Positions 44,064 through 52,910 of a stretch of DNA of 64,000 nucleotides are shown here, piece by piece. The stretch spans positions 20,249 to 84,248 of the forward strand of contig CAKQPR010000005.1 in NCBI GenBank assembly GCA_934270565.1, read 5' to 3'. The translations under genes and the position numbers were made by a program. Each line of letters opens with the position of its first letter. Positions within the stretch are counted from its first letter, which is position 1. The DNA comes from an uncultured Clostridia bacterium (GTDB taxonomy: Bacteria; Bacillota; Clostridia; Christensenellales; Pumilibacteraceae). The notes under the pieces are model-generated. The model did no database searches and was not told where the DNA came from. It saw nothing but the letters and a program-made list of their open reading frames with translations.

Positions 44064-45397
44064 TGGCTTTATTCAGCGGACTGAGCGAAAAACTCAACCA
44101 TATTTTCAGCAAAATCAAGTCTAAAGGCAAGTTGACCGAGCTTGAAATCAAACAGGCTATGCGTGAAATCCGCATCGCTCTTTTGGAAGCGGACGTCAAT
44201 TTTACGGTAGTCAAGGATTTTGTTGCGAAAGTGAGCGAAAAAGCCGTAGGCGAAGAGGTTCTTAAAAGCCTTACGCCGGGGCAGCAGGTCGTCAAAATAG
44301 TCAACGACGAGCTGATCGCTCTTATGGGCAGTACCAACGCGAAACTCGAGGTTTCGTCCAAACCGCCCACCGTCATTATGCTTTGCGGACTTCAGGGCGC
44401 GGGCAAAACCACCATGTGCGGAAAGCTTTGCCGCAACCTTATCAAGTCCGGCAAAAAACCGATGCTCGTAGCGTGCGACATTTATCGTCCTGCAGCGATA
44501 AATCAGCTGAAAGTCGTGGGCAAGAGCGTAAATACCGAAGTTTTCGAACGCGGAACGGCAAAACCTGCTAAGACTGCGGTCGAGGCGGTAGAGTACGCGC
44601 TCGGAAAGGGTTACGATACCGTCGTTATTGATACCGCGGGCAGACTGCATATCGACGAAGCGCTTATGCAGGAGCTTAAGGACGTAAAAGCCGCGGTAAA
44701 GCCGACGGAAATCCTTCTCACCGTGGACGCGATGACCGGACAGGACGCCGTGACCGTTGCCGAAACGTTCAATGCGGCGCTCGACATTACGGGCGTTATC
44801 CTTACCAAGCTCGACGGCGACACCCGAGGCGGCGCGGCGTTATCGATACGCGCGGTGACTGGCAAACCGATCAAATTCTGCGGCGTCGGCGAAAAAGCAG
44901 ACGATCTCGAGCCGTTTTATCCCGACAGAATGGCGTCGCGTATTCTCGGTATGGGAGACGTGCTCACGCTTATAGAAAAGGCTCAGTCGGCGGTATCCGA
45001 AGAAGAAATGAAGCAGATGGAGAAAAAACTCCGCGAAGCTTCGTTTACGCTCGACGATTTCCTCGTTCAGTTCGAAAGTCTGAAAAAGATGGGTAATATG
45101 ACCGATCTTATGGGAATGATCCCCGGCATGTCGAATATGAAGATTTCCGAAAAGGACATCGACGAGAGCCGTATAGAAAAGTACAAAGCCATAATCAGAT
45201 CGATGACGAAGGAAGAACGGGACAAGCCCGAAATAATCAAATCGTCGAGAAGAGTGAGAATTGCGAACGGAAGCGGAACGACCGTTCAGGACGTAAATCA
45301 GCTTCTCAAGCAATTCGATCAGACCAAAGAACTTATGAAACGTATGAAAAACGGTTCGTTCGGCGGTTTCAAAAAAGGTAAACGTTTTCCGTTTTAG
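44063..45397 (+). CDS. ffh: Signal recognition particle protein Ffh
   Basis: GLQGAGKTT, DTAGRLH, TKLDGDTRGGAALS, Met-rich M domain. Confidence 0.97.
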   Translation: MALFSGLSEKLNHIFSKIKSKGKLTELEIKQAMREIRIALLEADVNFTVVKDFVAKVSEKAVGEEVLKSLTPGQQVVKIVNDELIALMGSTNAKLEVSSKPPTVIMLCGLQGAGKTTMCGKLCRNLIKSGKKPMLVACDIYRPAAINQLKVVGKSVNTEVFERGTAKPAKTAVEAVEYALGKGYDTVVIDTAGRLHIDEALMQELKDVKAAVKPTEILLTVDAMTGQDAVTVAETFNAALDITGVILTKLDGDTRGGAALSIRAVTGKPIKFCGVGEKADDLEPFYPDRMASRILGMGDVLTLIEKAQSAVSEEEMKQMEKKLREASFTLDDFLVQFESLKKMGNMTDLMGMIPGMSNMKISEKDIDESRIEKYKAIIRSMTKEERDKPEIIKSSRRVRIANGSGTTVQDVNQLLKQFDQTKELMKRMKNGSFGGFKKGKRFPF

Positions 45398-45446
45398 GGC
45401 GGGAACGAACATAAACTAAAGCAATTTATTTCAAGGAGACAGAAAA

Positions 45447-45740
45447 ATGGCAGTAAAAATGAGACTCACCCGTCTGGGTGACAAGAAGAACCCCTTTTAC
45501 AGAGTTGTAGTTGCGGATTCGCGCTCCCCGAGAGACGGTAAGTTCATCGACATCGTAGGAACTTACAATCCGAAGCTTAACCCCGCCGAAGTCAAAATCG
45601 ACGGCGACAAGGCGAAAGAATGGATCGCAAAAGGCGCTCAGCCCACCGATACAGTACGCGCGCTTCTGGTAGAAGTCGGACTTCTGGAAAAGAAAGCAAT
45701 GCCCGCTAAAACCAACGCCGTTAAGAAAAAGAAAGACTAA
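45447..45740 (+). CDS. rpsP: 30S ribosomal protein S16
   Basis: [26 protein letters not shown]. Confidence 0.97.
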   Translation: MAVKMRLTRLGDKKNPFYRVVVADSRSPRDGKFIDIVGTYNPKLNPAEVKIDGDKAKEWIAKGAQPTDTVRALLVEVGLLEKKAMPAKTNAVKKKKD

Positions 45741-45761
45741 GCGACGGCTTAAGGAGAAAAT

Positions 45762-45992
45762 ATGACTGAGCTTGTTAAATTTCTGGTTACGTCGCTCGTT
45801 GATAATGCGGACGAAGTGAAAGTAACCGAAGGCGAGGATGACACCGTCGATATTCAGGTTGCGAAATCCGATATGGGCAAAGTTATCGGCAAGGACGGCA
45901 AAATCGCTAAAGCCATTCGCACGATAGTAAAAGCCGCAGGCGCTAAAAAGGGCGTTAAATATACGGTAAATATTCTCGAAGCAAACGAGTAA
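45762..45992 (+). CDS. KH-domain RNA-binding protein (YlqC-like)
   Basis: GKVIGKDGKIAKAIRTIV KH motif. Conserved position between rpsP and rimM. Confidence 0.9.
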   Translation: MTELVKFLVTSLVDNADEVKVTEGEDDTVDIQVAKSDMGKVIGKDGKIAKAIRTIVKAAGAKKGVKYTVNILEANE

Positions 45993-45998
45993 ACTTGG

Positions 45999-46028
45999 AT
46001 CAGAGGGCTTTTTCGCGCCCTCTGATTT
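45999..46028 (+). other. Perfect 10-bp hairpin between the KH-protein gene and rimM (weak U-tract)
   Basis: ATCAGAGGGC / GCCCTCTGAT with an 8-nt loop, followed only by TTT. Confidence 0.5.
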
Positions 46029-46048
46029 GCGTAAAAACGGGTTAAAAT

Positions 46049-46558
46049 ATGAACGATTACATTACGATAGGACAAGTTCTTAAAGCGTCCGGAATTCGCG
46101 GCGAATTCAAAGTGAAACCGCTTACCGACGACGCGGAAAGATACAAAAAACTGAAACTCGTCTATATCGGCGGGACTCCTAAAAAGATAACGTCGATGCG
46201 TTTTGACGGCGGCTTTGTATATCTTAAAGTTGCGGGGATCGAGGATCGCACAGCCGCAGAAAGTCTGAAAGACGCTTTTATCGAAATCGATCGTATAAAC
46301 GCGGTCGAACTCGACGAGGGAAGTTATTTTATTTCGGATATAGTCGGGTGTAAGGTTTTTACGGACGACGGAACGGAAATCGGCAAAGTTACCGACGTAA
46401 GTCAATACGGCGCGGCGGACGTGTATACCGTTTCTGACGGAAGAAGAACGGTGCGTTTTCCGTTTCTGAAAAAGCTTATCGTAAAAGTAGACGTGGAGAC
46501 CGGCGTAATCGTCCTGTATAAATCCGTTTTCGACGAGGTGAGCGTATATGAGGATTGA
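46049..46558 (+). CDS. rimM: 16S rRNA processing protein RimM
   Basis: ITIGQVLKASGIRGEFKV N-terminal barrel and a PRC barrel C-terminus. Synteny. Confidence 0.93.
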   Translation: MNDYITIGQVLKASGIRGEFKVKPLTDDAERYKKLKLVYIGGTPKKITSMRFDGGFVYLKVAGIEDRTAAESLKDAFIEIDRINAVELDEGSYFISDIVGCKVFTDDGTEIGKVTDVSQYGAADVYTVSDGRRTVRFPFLKKLIVKVDVETGVIVLYKSVFDEVSVYED

Positions 46559-47225
46559 CGTTCTGACGCTTTTCCCCGAAATGTTCGCGCCACTTGGCGA
46601 AAGCATAATCGGGAGAGCTCGCGAAAAGGGGCTTATCGACATACGCGTAACCGATATTCGCGAATTCTCGACGGACAAGCACAAAAAGTGCGACGATTAT
46701 CCGTTCGGGGGCGGTGCCGGTATGGTTATGTTGCCGCAACCGATTTTCGACGCGGTAAACGCAGTCGATCCCGATCACGAAGCGTTGCGTATTTATATGT
46801 CGCCGAAAGGTAAAAGGCTTGATATGCCGCTTGTAAAATCGCTTGCGGGGCTTGAAAACAAGCGCATTTTGCTTCTTTGCGGACATTACGAGGGCGTGGA
46901 TCAACGCGTTCTCGACCTTTGTTTCGACGACGAAATATCGATAGGCGATTACGTTCTTACCGGCGGCGAACTTCCCGCGATGGTTGTGATAGATTGCGTC
47001 GCGCGGTACGTTGACGGCGTACTCGGGTCGGAAGATTCGGTGAAAGAGGAATCGTTTTCGTCGAACACGCTCGAATACCCGCAGTATACGCGCCCCGCGG
47101 TTTTCGAAGGAATCGCCGTGCCGGACGTTCTTTTGTCCGGTCATCACGCAAACGTGGAAAAATGGCGGCGCGAACAATCCGAAATTCTGACTAAAAAGTT
47201 GCGCCCCGATCTCTTGGAGGACTGA
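46548..47225 (+). CDS. trmD: tRNA (guanine37-N1)-methyltransferase TrmD
   Basis: MRIDVLTLFPEMF, LLCGHYEGVDQRV, SIGDYVLTGGELPAM. Confidence 0.97.
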   Translation: MRIDVLTLFPEMFAPLGESIIGRAREKGLIDIRVTDIREFSTDKHKKCDDYPFGGGAGMVMLPQPIFDAVNAVDPDHEALRIYMSPKGKRLDMPLVKSLAGLENKRILLLCGHYEGVDQRVLDLCFDDEISIGDYVLTGGELPAMVVIDCVARYVDGVLGSEDSVKEESFSSNTLEYPQYTRPAVFEGIAVPDVLLSGHHANVEKWRREQSEILTKKLRPDLLED

Positions 47226-48073
47226 TGGCTAACATAAACTGGTACCCGGGACACATGACGAAATCTATTCGTATGATCGAGGAAAATATCAAGCTGATAG
47301 ATTGTCTTGTGTACGTTCTGGACGCCCGCGCGCCGCTAAGCTGTATAAACCCCGACTTCGAACGGTATATCCAAAGACTTCCGGTGGTTTACGTTCTTAA
47401 CAAAACGGATCTTGCCGACCCCGCGCAAACCGAAAAATGGAAACGCAAACTTACGGGCGAGAGAAGCGTTGCCGTGGCGACTAACGCTTCTGCAAGCAAA
47501 AGTTGCGCCGTCATCGTTTCGGAGATTCGCAGACTTTGCGCGGAAAAAATTTCGCGATATGCGGCGAAAGGCGTGAAAACGAGCGTTAAAGCGATGGTGC
47601 TCGGCGTTCCGAACACCGGAAAATCTACGATAATAAACAACCTTATCGGTAAAGCTAAGGCGATTACGGGCAATAAAGCGGGCGTTACGCGCGGTAAACA
47701 GTGGTTTAAAGTGAACGACACCGTTGAAGTTCTCGATACGCCCGGGACGCTTTATCCTAAGCTTTCCGATCAGAATATCGCCCGCCGTCTCGCGTACCTC
47801 GGCAGTATTAAAGACGAAGTTGTGGACGGGTATGAGCTTGCGATAGAGCTGATACGCGATCTTGACGAAATTAAACCGGAAGCCATAACCGCACGATACG
47901 GGTTTACGCCTGTATGCGACGGCGAAAAGGATCTTACGTCGGTCGCAAAAAGCCGAGGTTTTCTGCTTCGCGGCGGAGAAGCCGATCTCGAGCGGGCGGC
48001 GGTTGCGCTTATAGACGATTTTCGAAAAGGAAGGCTCGGGCATATTACGCTTGACGAGGTGAAAAATGACTAA
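47225..48073 (+). CDS. rbgA: Ribosome biogenesis GTPase A (YlqF/RbgA)
   Basis: INWYPGHM, circularly permuted GTPase motifs (LNKTDL ... GVPNTGKST ... LDTPG). Confidence 0.94.
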   Translation: MANINWYPGHMTKSIRMIEENIKLIDCLVYVLDARAPLSCINPDFERYIQRLPVVYVLNKTDLADPAQTEKWKRKLTGERSVAVATNASASKSCAVIVSEIRRLCAEKISRYAAKGVKTSVKAMVLGVPNTGKSTIINNLIGKAKAITGNKAGVTRGKQWFKVNDTVEVLDTPGTLYPKLSDQNIARRLAYLGSIKDEVVDGYELAIELIRDLDEIKPEAITARYGFTPVCDGEKDLTSVAKSRGFLLRGGEADLERAAVALIDDFRKGRLGHITLDEVKND

Positions 48074-48653
48074 AGATTTATTCGATTTCGACCTTAAATT
48101 CGGCGTTAAGTTTCTTGCCGGTATAGACGAGGTGGGCAGAGGTCCGCTCGCCGGTCCCGTGACCACGGCGTGTTGTATGCTTCCGCTTGACGAACCGATC
48201 GACAAAATCAACGACAGCAAAAAGCTGAGCGAAATGCGGCGCGAAAAGCTTTACGACCTCATCACCGAAAAAGCCGCTTATTCGGTTGCTTCCGTCTCTA
48301 ACGAGGAAATCGACGAGCTTAATATTCTCGAAGCCACGAAAAAGGCGATGCGCGAGTGTGCGGGAAACCTGATGCCCGTGCCCGAGCTTATTCTGATAGA
48401 TGCGGTGAAGCTCGACCTCGGAGTGAAAACGGAATCGATTATTCACGGTGACGCGCAGAGTTACAATATCGCGGCGGCTTCTATTATCGCGAAAGTCACG
48501 CGAGACAGGTTTATGGTCGAAGCGGATAAACTTTATCCGCAATACGGGTTTGCGAAGAATAAGGGTTACGGAACGGCGGAACATATCGCCGCATTAAAAA
48601 AATACGGACCGTGCCCGCTTCACAGACGCACGTTTATCAAGAATTTTATCTGA
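48066..48653 (+). CDS. rnhB: Ribonuclease HII
   Basis: GIDEVGRGPLAGPV, INDSKKLS, KGYGT.EH. Confidence 0.95.
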   Translation: MTKDLFDFDLKFGVKFLAGIDEVGRGPLAGPVTTACCMLPLDEPIDKINDSKKLSEMRREKLYDLITEKAAYSVASVSNEEIDELNILEATKKAMRECAGNLMPVPELILIDAVKLDLGVKTESIIHGDAQSYNIAAASIIAKVTRDRFMVEADKLYPQYGFAKNKGYGTAEHIAALKKYGPCPLHRRTFIKNFI

Positions 48654-48661
48654 GGTAAGGT

Positions 48662-49027
48662 ATGTTCACGACAAAAAACATAGGTGACAGCGGCGAAGAA
48701 ATAGCCGCTAATTACCTCATCGGCAAGGGTTACGAAATCGTCGAACGCAACTTCCGTACAAACGTCGGCGAAATCGATATAATCGCGGTGCACGACGGTT
48801 ACCTTATTTTCGTCGAGGTAAAAACAAGGTTCAACGAAAAATTCGGGTTCGGCGCCGACGCGGTGGGTTTTCATAAACGAAACAAAATCAATCAGGTTGC
48901 CTGTCAGTATATCGCCAAACGCAGGCTTTACCATCAGGCGGTAAGATTCGACGTGATCGAAGTTTACACCGAAGACAAGCGGATCGAGCATATCGAAAAC
49001 GCGTTCGACAGTTATATGAGATATTAA
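48662..49027 (+). CDS. yraN: YraN-family (UPF0102) endonuclease-like protein
   Basis: GDSGEEIAANYLIGKGYEIVERNFRTNVGEIDIIA... and FVEVKTR. Confidence 0.9.
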   Translation: MFTTKNIGDSGEEIAANYLIGKGYEIVERNFRTNVGEIDIIAVHDGYLIFVEVKTRFNEKFGFGADAVGFHKRNKINQVACQYIAKRRLYHQAVRFDVIEVYTEDKRIEHIENAFDSYMRY

Positions 49028-49084
49028 AAACAAATCACTTTTTGCGTTCCTTTGCGCATAGATTAAAGCAGAGGACGGTGAAAA

Positions 49085-50083
49085 GTGATTTTTGAAATTT
49101 CGCTCGATAATCTGCGGTACAACGTTCGCTCGTTAAAAGCTCGGGCGTTCGGGGCAAAGCTTATAGGCGTTGTAAAAGCGAACGCTTACGGACACGGCGC
49201 GACAGAAGTCGCAAAGGCGATCCGCCGCGACGTTTGCGCTTTTGCGGTGGCAAACGAAACGGAAGCTCGCGAGATTGCGGAGTCCGGAATAACCGAGCCG
49301 ATTATAATGCTCGGCGGGTTGCTTGGCGGTGATCGTCTGCCGCGTAACGTTGTGCCGACTGTTACGGGCTTTTGCGATATAAAAGCCGCCGTAGGGAAGT
49401 GCGAAGGCGTTGCGGTTGCGGTGAACACCGGTATGAACAGATACGGTTGCGCTCCCGAAAACGCCGGCGTTCTTGTTGAGTTTGCAGAAAGTCTCGGGCT
49501 TGCCGTGCGTTGCGTTTATACGCATATCGCCGACGAAACTGACGTAAAGAGAAGCGACAAGCAGTTGTCGGATTTTATATGTGCGACAAAATCGATTAAA
49601 GCGGTTAAGTCCGCCGCCGCGACGTGCGCCGTAAACCTCGGCGAAAAATATTGTCTCGACGCGGTGAGGGCGGGAATCGGGCTTTACGGTTACGGCGCTC
49701 CCGATTTGAAACCCGTCGCGTCGGCATATGCTCCGATCGTCGCTATAAGGAACGTAAAGCGTGGAGACGGCGTGGGTTACGGCGATTATACGGCGGAGCG
49801 CGATATGGCGATAGCGATAGTTGCCGCAGGTTATGCGGACGGACTTATGCGACGGCGCGGAGATCTTTCTACGGCGATAAACGGCGTAAAGTGCCCCGCG
49901 ATCGGCAGAATTTGTATGGACGCGTCGTTTTTCGATGTTAGCGGAACGGAGTGTAAAATCGGCGATCGCGCTTATTTTTTAGGGAACGGTGCCGAAATGC
50001 GCGATCTTTGCGATTGCTACGACACGATTCCGTATGAAGTTCTGACTTCGTTCGATCGCAGGTCGCGAAAAATTTTCGTGTAA
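49085..50083 (+). CDS. alr: Alanine racemase (short form, 332 aa)
   Basis: PLP-lysine motif VVKANAYGHG and C-terminal GRICMDASFFDV...IPYEVLTS. GTG start. Confidence 0.85.
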   Translation: MIFEISLDNLRYNVRSLKARAFGAKLIGVVKANAYGHGATEVAKAIRRDVCAFAVANETEAREIAESGITEPIIMLGGLLGGDRLPRNVVPTVTGFCDIKAAVGKCEGVAVAVNTGMNRYGCAPENAGVLVEFAESLGLAVRCVYTHIADETDVKRSDKQLSDFICATKSIKAVKSAAATCAVNLGEKYCLDAVRAGIGLYGYGAPDLKPVASAYAPIVAIRNVKRGDGVGYGDYTAERDMAIAIVAAGYADGLMRRRGDLSTAINGVKCPAIGRICMDASFFDVSGTECKIGDRAYFLGNGAEMRDLCDCYDTIPYEVLTSFDRRSRKIFV

Positions 50084-50116
50084 ACCGCGCGAAATTTCAA
50101 AACGAACGCAAATTTC

Positions 50117-50145
50117 TTGCAAAACGTGCCCGAAAGTGATAAAAT
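50117..50145 (+). promoter_or_regulatory. Candidate promoter TTGCAA-17-(TGa)TAAAAT
   Basis: TTGCAA 50117-50122, TAAAAT 50140-50145 with an upstream TG. Confidence 0.45.
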
Positions 50146-50182
50146 ATAACTATAAAAGGACAAGCTATAAACGGAGTCGAAA

Positions 50183-50764
50183 ATGGAGCAGAAGAAAAAA
50201 GAAAGAAAACCGATCGTTACTTATCTGATCAGTAGTGCGAAAATGTATCTGTACACGCTGATTTTTACGTTTGTCGGTTTTGTTTTCGTGGCAACCGATC
50301 TGAACAGAATTCTCGTTCTTGTTATGGGTATCGTTTTTATCGCGCCCGTTATAATACTGAATTTTATAAGCGGGAAAAAGGAAGGCGAGAAAGAGTACAA
50401 AAGGCTCAATAAATCGCTTCTGACGGACGTCCATAAGCAAACGCATTTTCAGGTTAAAACGATCAAGTCCGTTTTTCACGTTCTCGGGTTCTTTTTGTCC
50501 GCGCTCGTTCTGATACTTATCGCCGAGCTTTGCCGCTGGCAATGGCTGCAGGGTGCAATGTTGATTCTGTTCACCCCGACCACGCTTATTTTTAAGGCTT
50601 GCGGAATTCTCGACATTTCGATACTCAGCTGGTTTGCCGTGCTTCCGACGATGATATACGTCGTTCTCTGTTGCGCTTCGTTTATACTCGGGTACGTTAT
50701 ATCGGTATCGACGCTTCGTCGGCGCGACACCGAGCTTGTCAGCGAAATTCGCTCGTACATGTAA
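50183..50764 (+). CDS. Hypothetical integral membrane protein (193 aa)
   Basis: Several hydrophobic helices and no motif I recognise. AAAGGA-type RBS region upstream. Confidence 0.6.
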   Translation: MEQKKKERKPIVTYLISSAKMYLYTLIFTFVGFVFVATDLNRILVLVMGIVFIAPVIILNFISGKKEGEKEYKRLNKSLLTDVHKQTHFQVKTIKSVFHVLGFFLSALVLILIAELCRWQWLQGAMLILFTPTTLIFKACGILDISILSWFAVLPTMIYVVLCCASFILGYVISVSTLRRRDTELVSEIRSYM

Positions 50765-50765
50765 T

Positions 50766-51332
50766 ATGAGAGTAATCAGCGGTAAATTCAAATATAAGCA
50801 GCTTTACGCGCCCGAAAACAACCTCGTAAGACCCACGACGGACAGAATTAAGGAAACGCTATTCAATATTTTAGCGTCGAAAGGCGTTGCCGGAACGGTT
50901 ACGGTTCTGGACCTGTTTGCAGGAAGCGGGGCTCTCGGTATCGAAAGTCTAAGCCGAGGCGCGGAAAAGGCTGTTTTTATCGATAAAAGTCGGGAGAGTA
51001 TAAAACTGCTCGATAAAAATCTTGCTCACGTCGGTGCGGACCCGAAAACGTACGAAATTTACAACGTCGATTTCGAATTTGCGTTAAAAAAGCTCAAAAA
51101 TCGCGGTTTTGACATGATTTTTGCCGATCCGCCGTATGCTGCGGGACTTGAAGAGAAGATAATAGGGCTTATTGACAAATACGGCGTGCTGGCAACGGAC
51201 GGCGTGCTGATTATAGAACACGATTCGAAGAATAAGTTTTCGGTTTCGCCGTTCGTTTCGGACGAGCGAATTTGCGGATCGTCGTCTTTGTCGTTTCTGA
51301 CATATCCGAACAAGGAGGCGCATAATGATTAG
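50766..51332 (+). CDS. rsmD: 16S rRNA (guanine966-N2)-methyltransferase RsmD
   Basis: MRVISGKFKYKQL, LDLFAGSGALGIE, FADPPY. Start trimmed to the ATG at 50766. Confidence 0.92.
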   Translation: MRVISGKFKYKQLYAPENNLVRPTTDRIKETLFNILASKGVAGTVTVLDLFAGSGALGIESLSRGAEKAVFIDKSRESIKLLDKNLAHVGADPKTYEIYNVDFEFALKKLKNRGFDMIFADPPYAAGLEEKIIGLIDKYGVLATDGVLIIEHDSKNKFSVSPFVSDERICGSSSLSFLTYPNKEAHND

Positions 51333-51789
51333 TAAAGCCGTTTTTGCGGGAACGTTCGATCCGTTTACGCTCGGACATTTCGAAATTGCCGAGCGCGCGT
51401 CGAAACGTTTCGACGAAGTGATCGTTGCGGTTGCGGACGTTACCGGTAAAAAATGTATGTTTCCGCTCGAAAAACGCGTAAAACTTGCCGAAAAATCGCT
51501 TTCCACGCTGAAAAACGTCGTAGTTAAACCGTTCAGCGGCTTTCTGGTCGATTTTATGAAAGAAAATGGTGCTTCGGTGTTTGTTCGCGGGTTGAGGAAT
51601 TCGGTCGATTTCGAATACGAGCGCAATCTTTACAACGTTTATAAATCGCAGGACGAAAACGTGGAAGGTTGCTATTTTATGGCGTCTAACGAATATCTGC
51701 ATATTTCGAGTTCGCTCGTAAGAGAGGTTCTTGCAATAGGTGGTGATGCGAAAAAATACGTAAGAGAAGAAATACGCGGCGACTTATAG
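51325..51789 (+). CDS. coaD: Pantetheine-phosphate adenylyltransferase
   Basis: GTFDPFTLGHFEI nucleotidyltransferase motif, ISSSLVRE. rsmD-coaD synteny. Confidence 0.96.
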   Translation: MISKAVFAGTFDPFTLGHFEIAERASKRFDEVIVAVADVTGKKCMFPLEKRVKLAEKSLSTLKNVVVKPFSGFLVDFMKENGASVFVRGLRNSVDFEYERNLYNVYKSQDENVEGCYFMASNEYLHISSSLVREVLAIGGDAKKYVREEIRGDL

Positions 51790-51799
51790 GGGTGTTTCG

Positions 51800-52255
51800 G
51801 TGCAGATTTTCGAGCTTCTCGACGAACTTGACAACGAGCTTAACGGCAAAAGGGGGTTGTTTAACGGTAAAGTAGACCTCGGACGATGCAGAGAGTTGGT
51901 TGATGAACTGAAAGAAACTCTGCCCGCGACGATCGACGAGGCAAAAAACGTTATCGATAATCGGAAAACGATAATGCTTAACGCCGACGCCGTTGCAAAA
52001 AACGTAATTCGCGAAGCCGAAGAGAGGGCAAAACGGCTTACCGAAAGTTCGGAGGTCGTAAAAATCGCCGAAAGACAAGGGCGAAACGCGCTTGACGAAA
52101 CGTATCGTCAGTGCGACGCTCTGGTTCAAAAGACTAAGGAGCATCTCGATAAGGTCTTTTCGGAAGCGGAAGCGTTTTTCGAAAGTACGTTGTCGCTGCT
52201 CAGAACAAATCGAAGGGAGCTTATGCAGCTTACGATTGCTCCGGAAAACAAATAA
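51800..52255 (+). CDS. Hypothetical coiled-coil protein (151 aa; family often labelled ATPase in Clostridia)
   Basis: Helical, charged sequence (IFELLDELDNEL...AEERAKRL...). GTG start with a weak RBS. Function unknown. Confidence 0.6.
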   Translation: MQIFELLDELDNELNGKRGLFNGKVDLGRCRELVDELKETLPATIDEAKNVIDNRKTIMLNADAVAKNVIREAEERAKRLTESSEVVKIAERQGRNALDETYRQCDALVQKTKEHLDKVFSEAEAFFESTLSLLRTNRRELMQLTIAPENK

Positions 52256-52264
52256 AACTTAAAG

Positions 52265-52295
52265 CGCGCAGACCGAGGTTTGCGTGTTTTTTTTT
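52265..52295 (+). terminator. Intrinsic terminator upstream of the spoVA cluster
   Basis: CGCGCAGACC / GGTTTGCGTG stem (two G-U pairs) followed by T9. Confidence 0.7.
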
Positions 52296-52430
52296 GCAAA
52301 ATCGCCCTCGAATGAATAAAAATCGGGTTGAGCGCTAACATTACCTAAGAGGTAGTTATGAAGCGTACAACCACAAGCCGAGCTGAACGCGACGGCTCGA
52401 ACGAAATTTTTTATAAGGAGAGGGGCGAAA

Positions 52431-52910
52431 ATGACGTCAGATGAACCGCGTATTCAGCGCAGAAACGAGCGGTACGACCGCTTTGTAAAATCGGTTACGC
52501 CGACGACTTCGACGATAAAATCATTGCTTAACAGCTTCTGGATAGGCGGGCTTACCTGTATGATCGGGCAGATACTCGGTGACGTTTACGCACTTATTTT
52601 CACCGAAATGCCGCGCGACGTTATCGTCAATATAACTTCGATGACGCTCATTACCGTGGCGATATTGCTTACGGGGTTCGGCGTATACGACGTTATCGCG
52701 CGTCGCGGCGGGGCGGGCTCGTTTCTTCCGATTACGGGATTTGCCAACGCTATGTCGAGCGCCGCGATGGAATTCAAAGCCGAAGGGCTTATCTTCGGTA
52801 CGAGCGTTAAAATGTTTACGGTCGTAGGTCCGGTCGTTGTAAACGGTGTTGTGTGGTCAACAGTTGCGGGGCTTATTCACCTTATACTTTTCGGGAGGTT
52901 CGGACTGTGA
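52431..52910 (+). CDS. spoVAC: Stage V sporulation protein AC
   Basis: SFWIGGLTCMIGQ...GAGSFLPITGFANA... matches SpoVAC. About 159 aa, membrane protein. Confidence 0.9.
   Translation: MTSDEPRIQRRNERYDRFVKSVTPTTSTIKSLLNSFWIGGLTCMIGQILGDVYALIFTEMPRDVIVNITSMTLITVAILLTGFGVYDVIARRGGAGSFLPITGFANAMSSAAMEFKAEGLIFGTSVKMFTVVGPVVVNGVVWSTVAGLIHLILFGRFGL

Noticed and set aside
52296-52357. A possible forespore sigma-G/F promoter for the spoVA genes (GAATG/GAATA ... CATTA).
   Set aside because: The spacing and the -10 (CATTACC against CATnnTA) do not fit well enough to call by eye.
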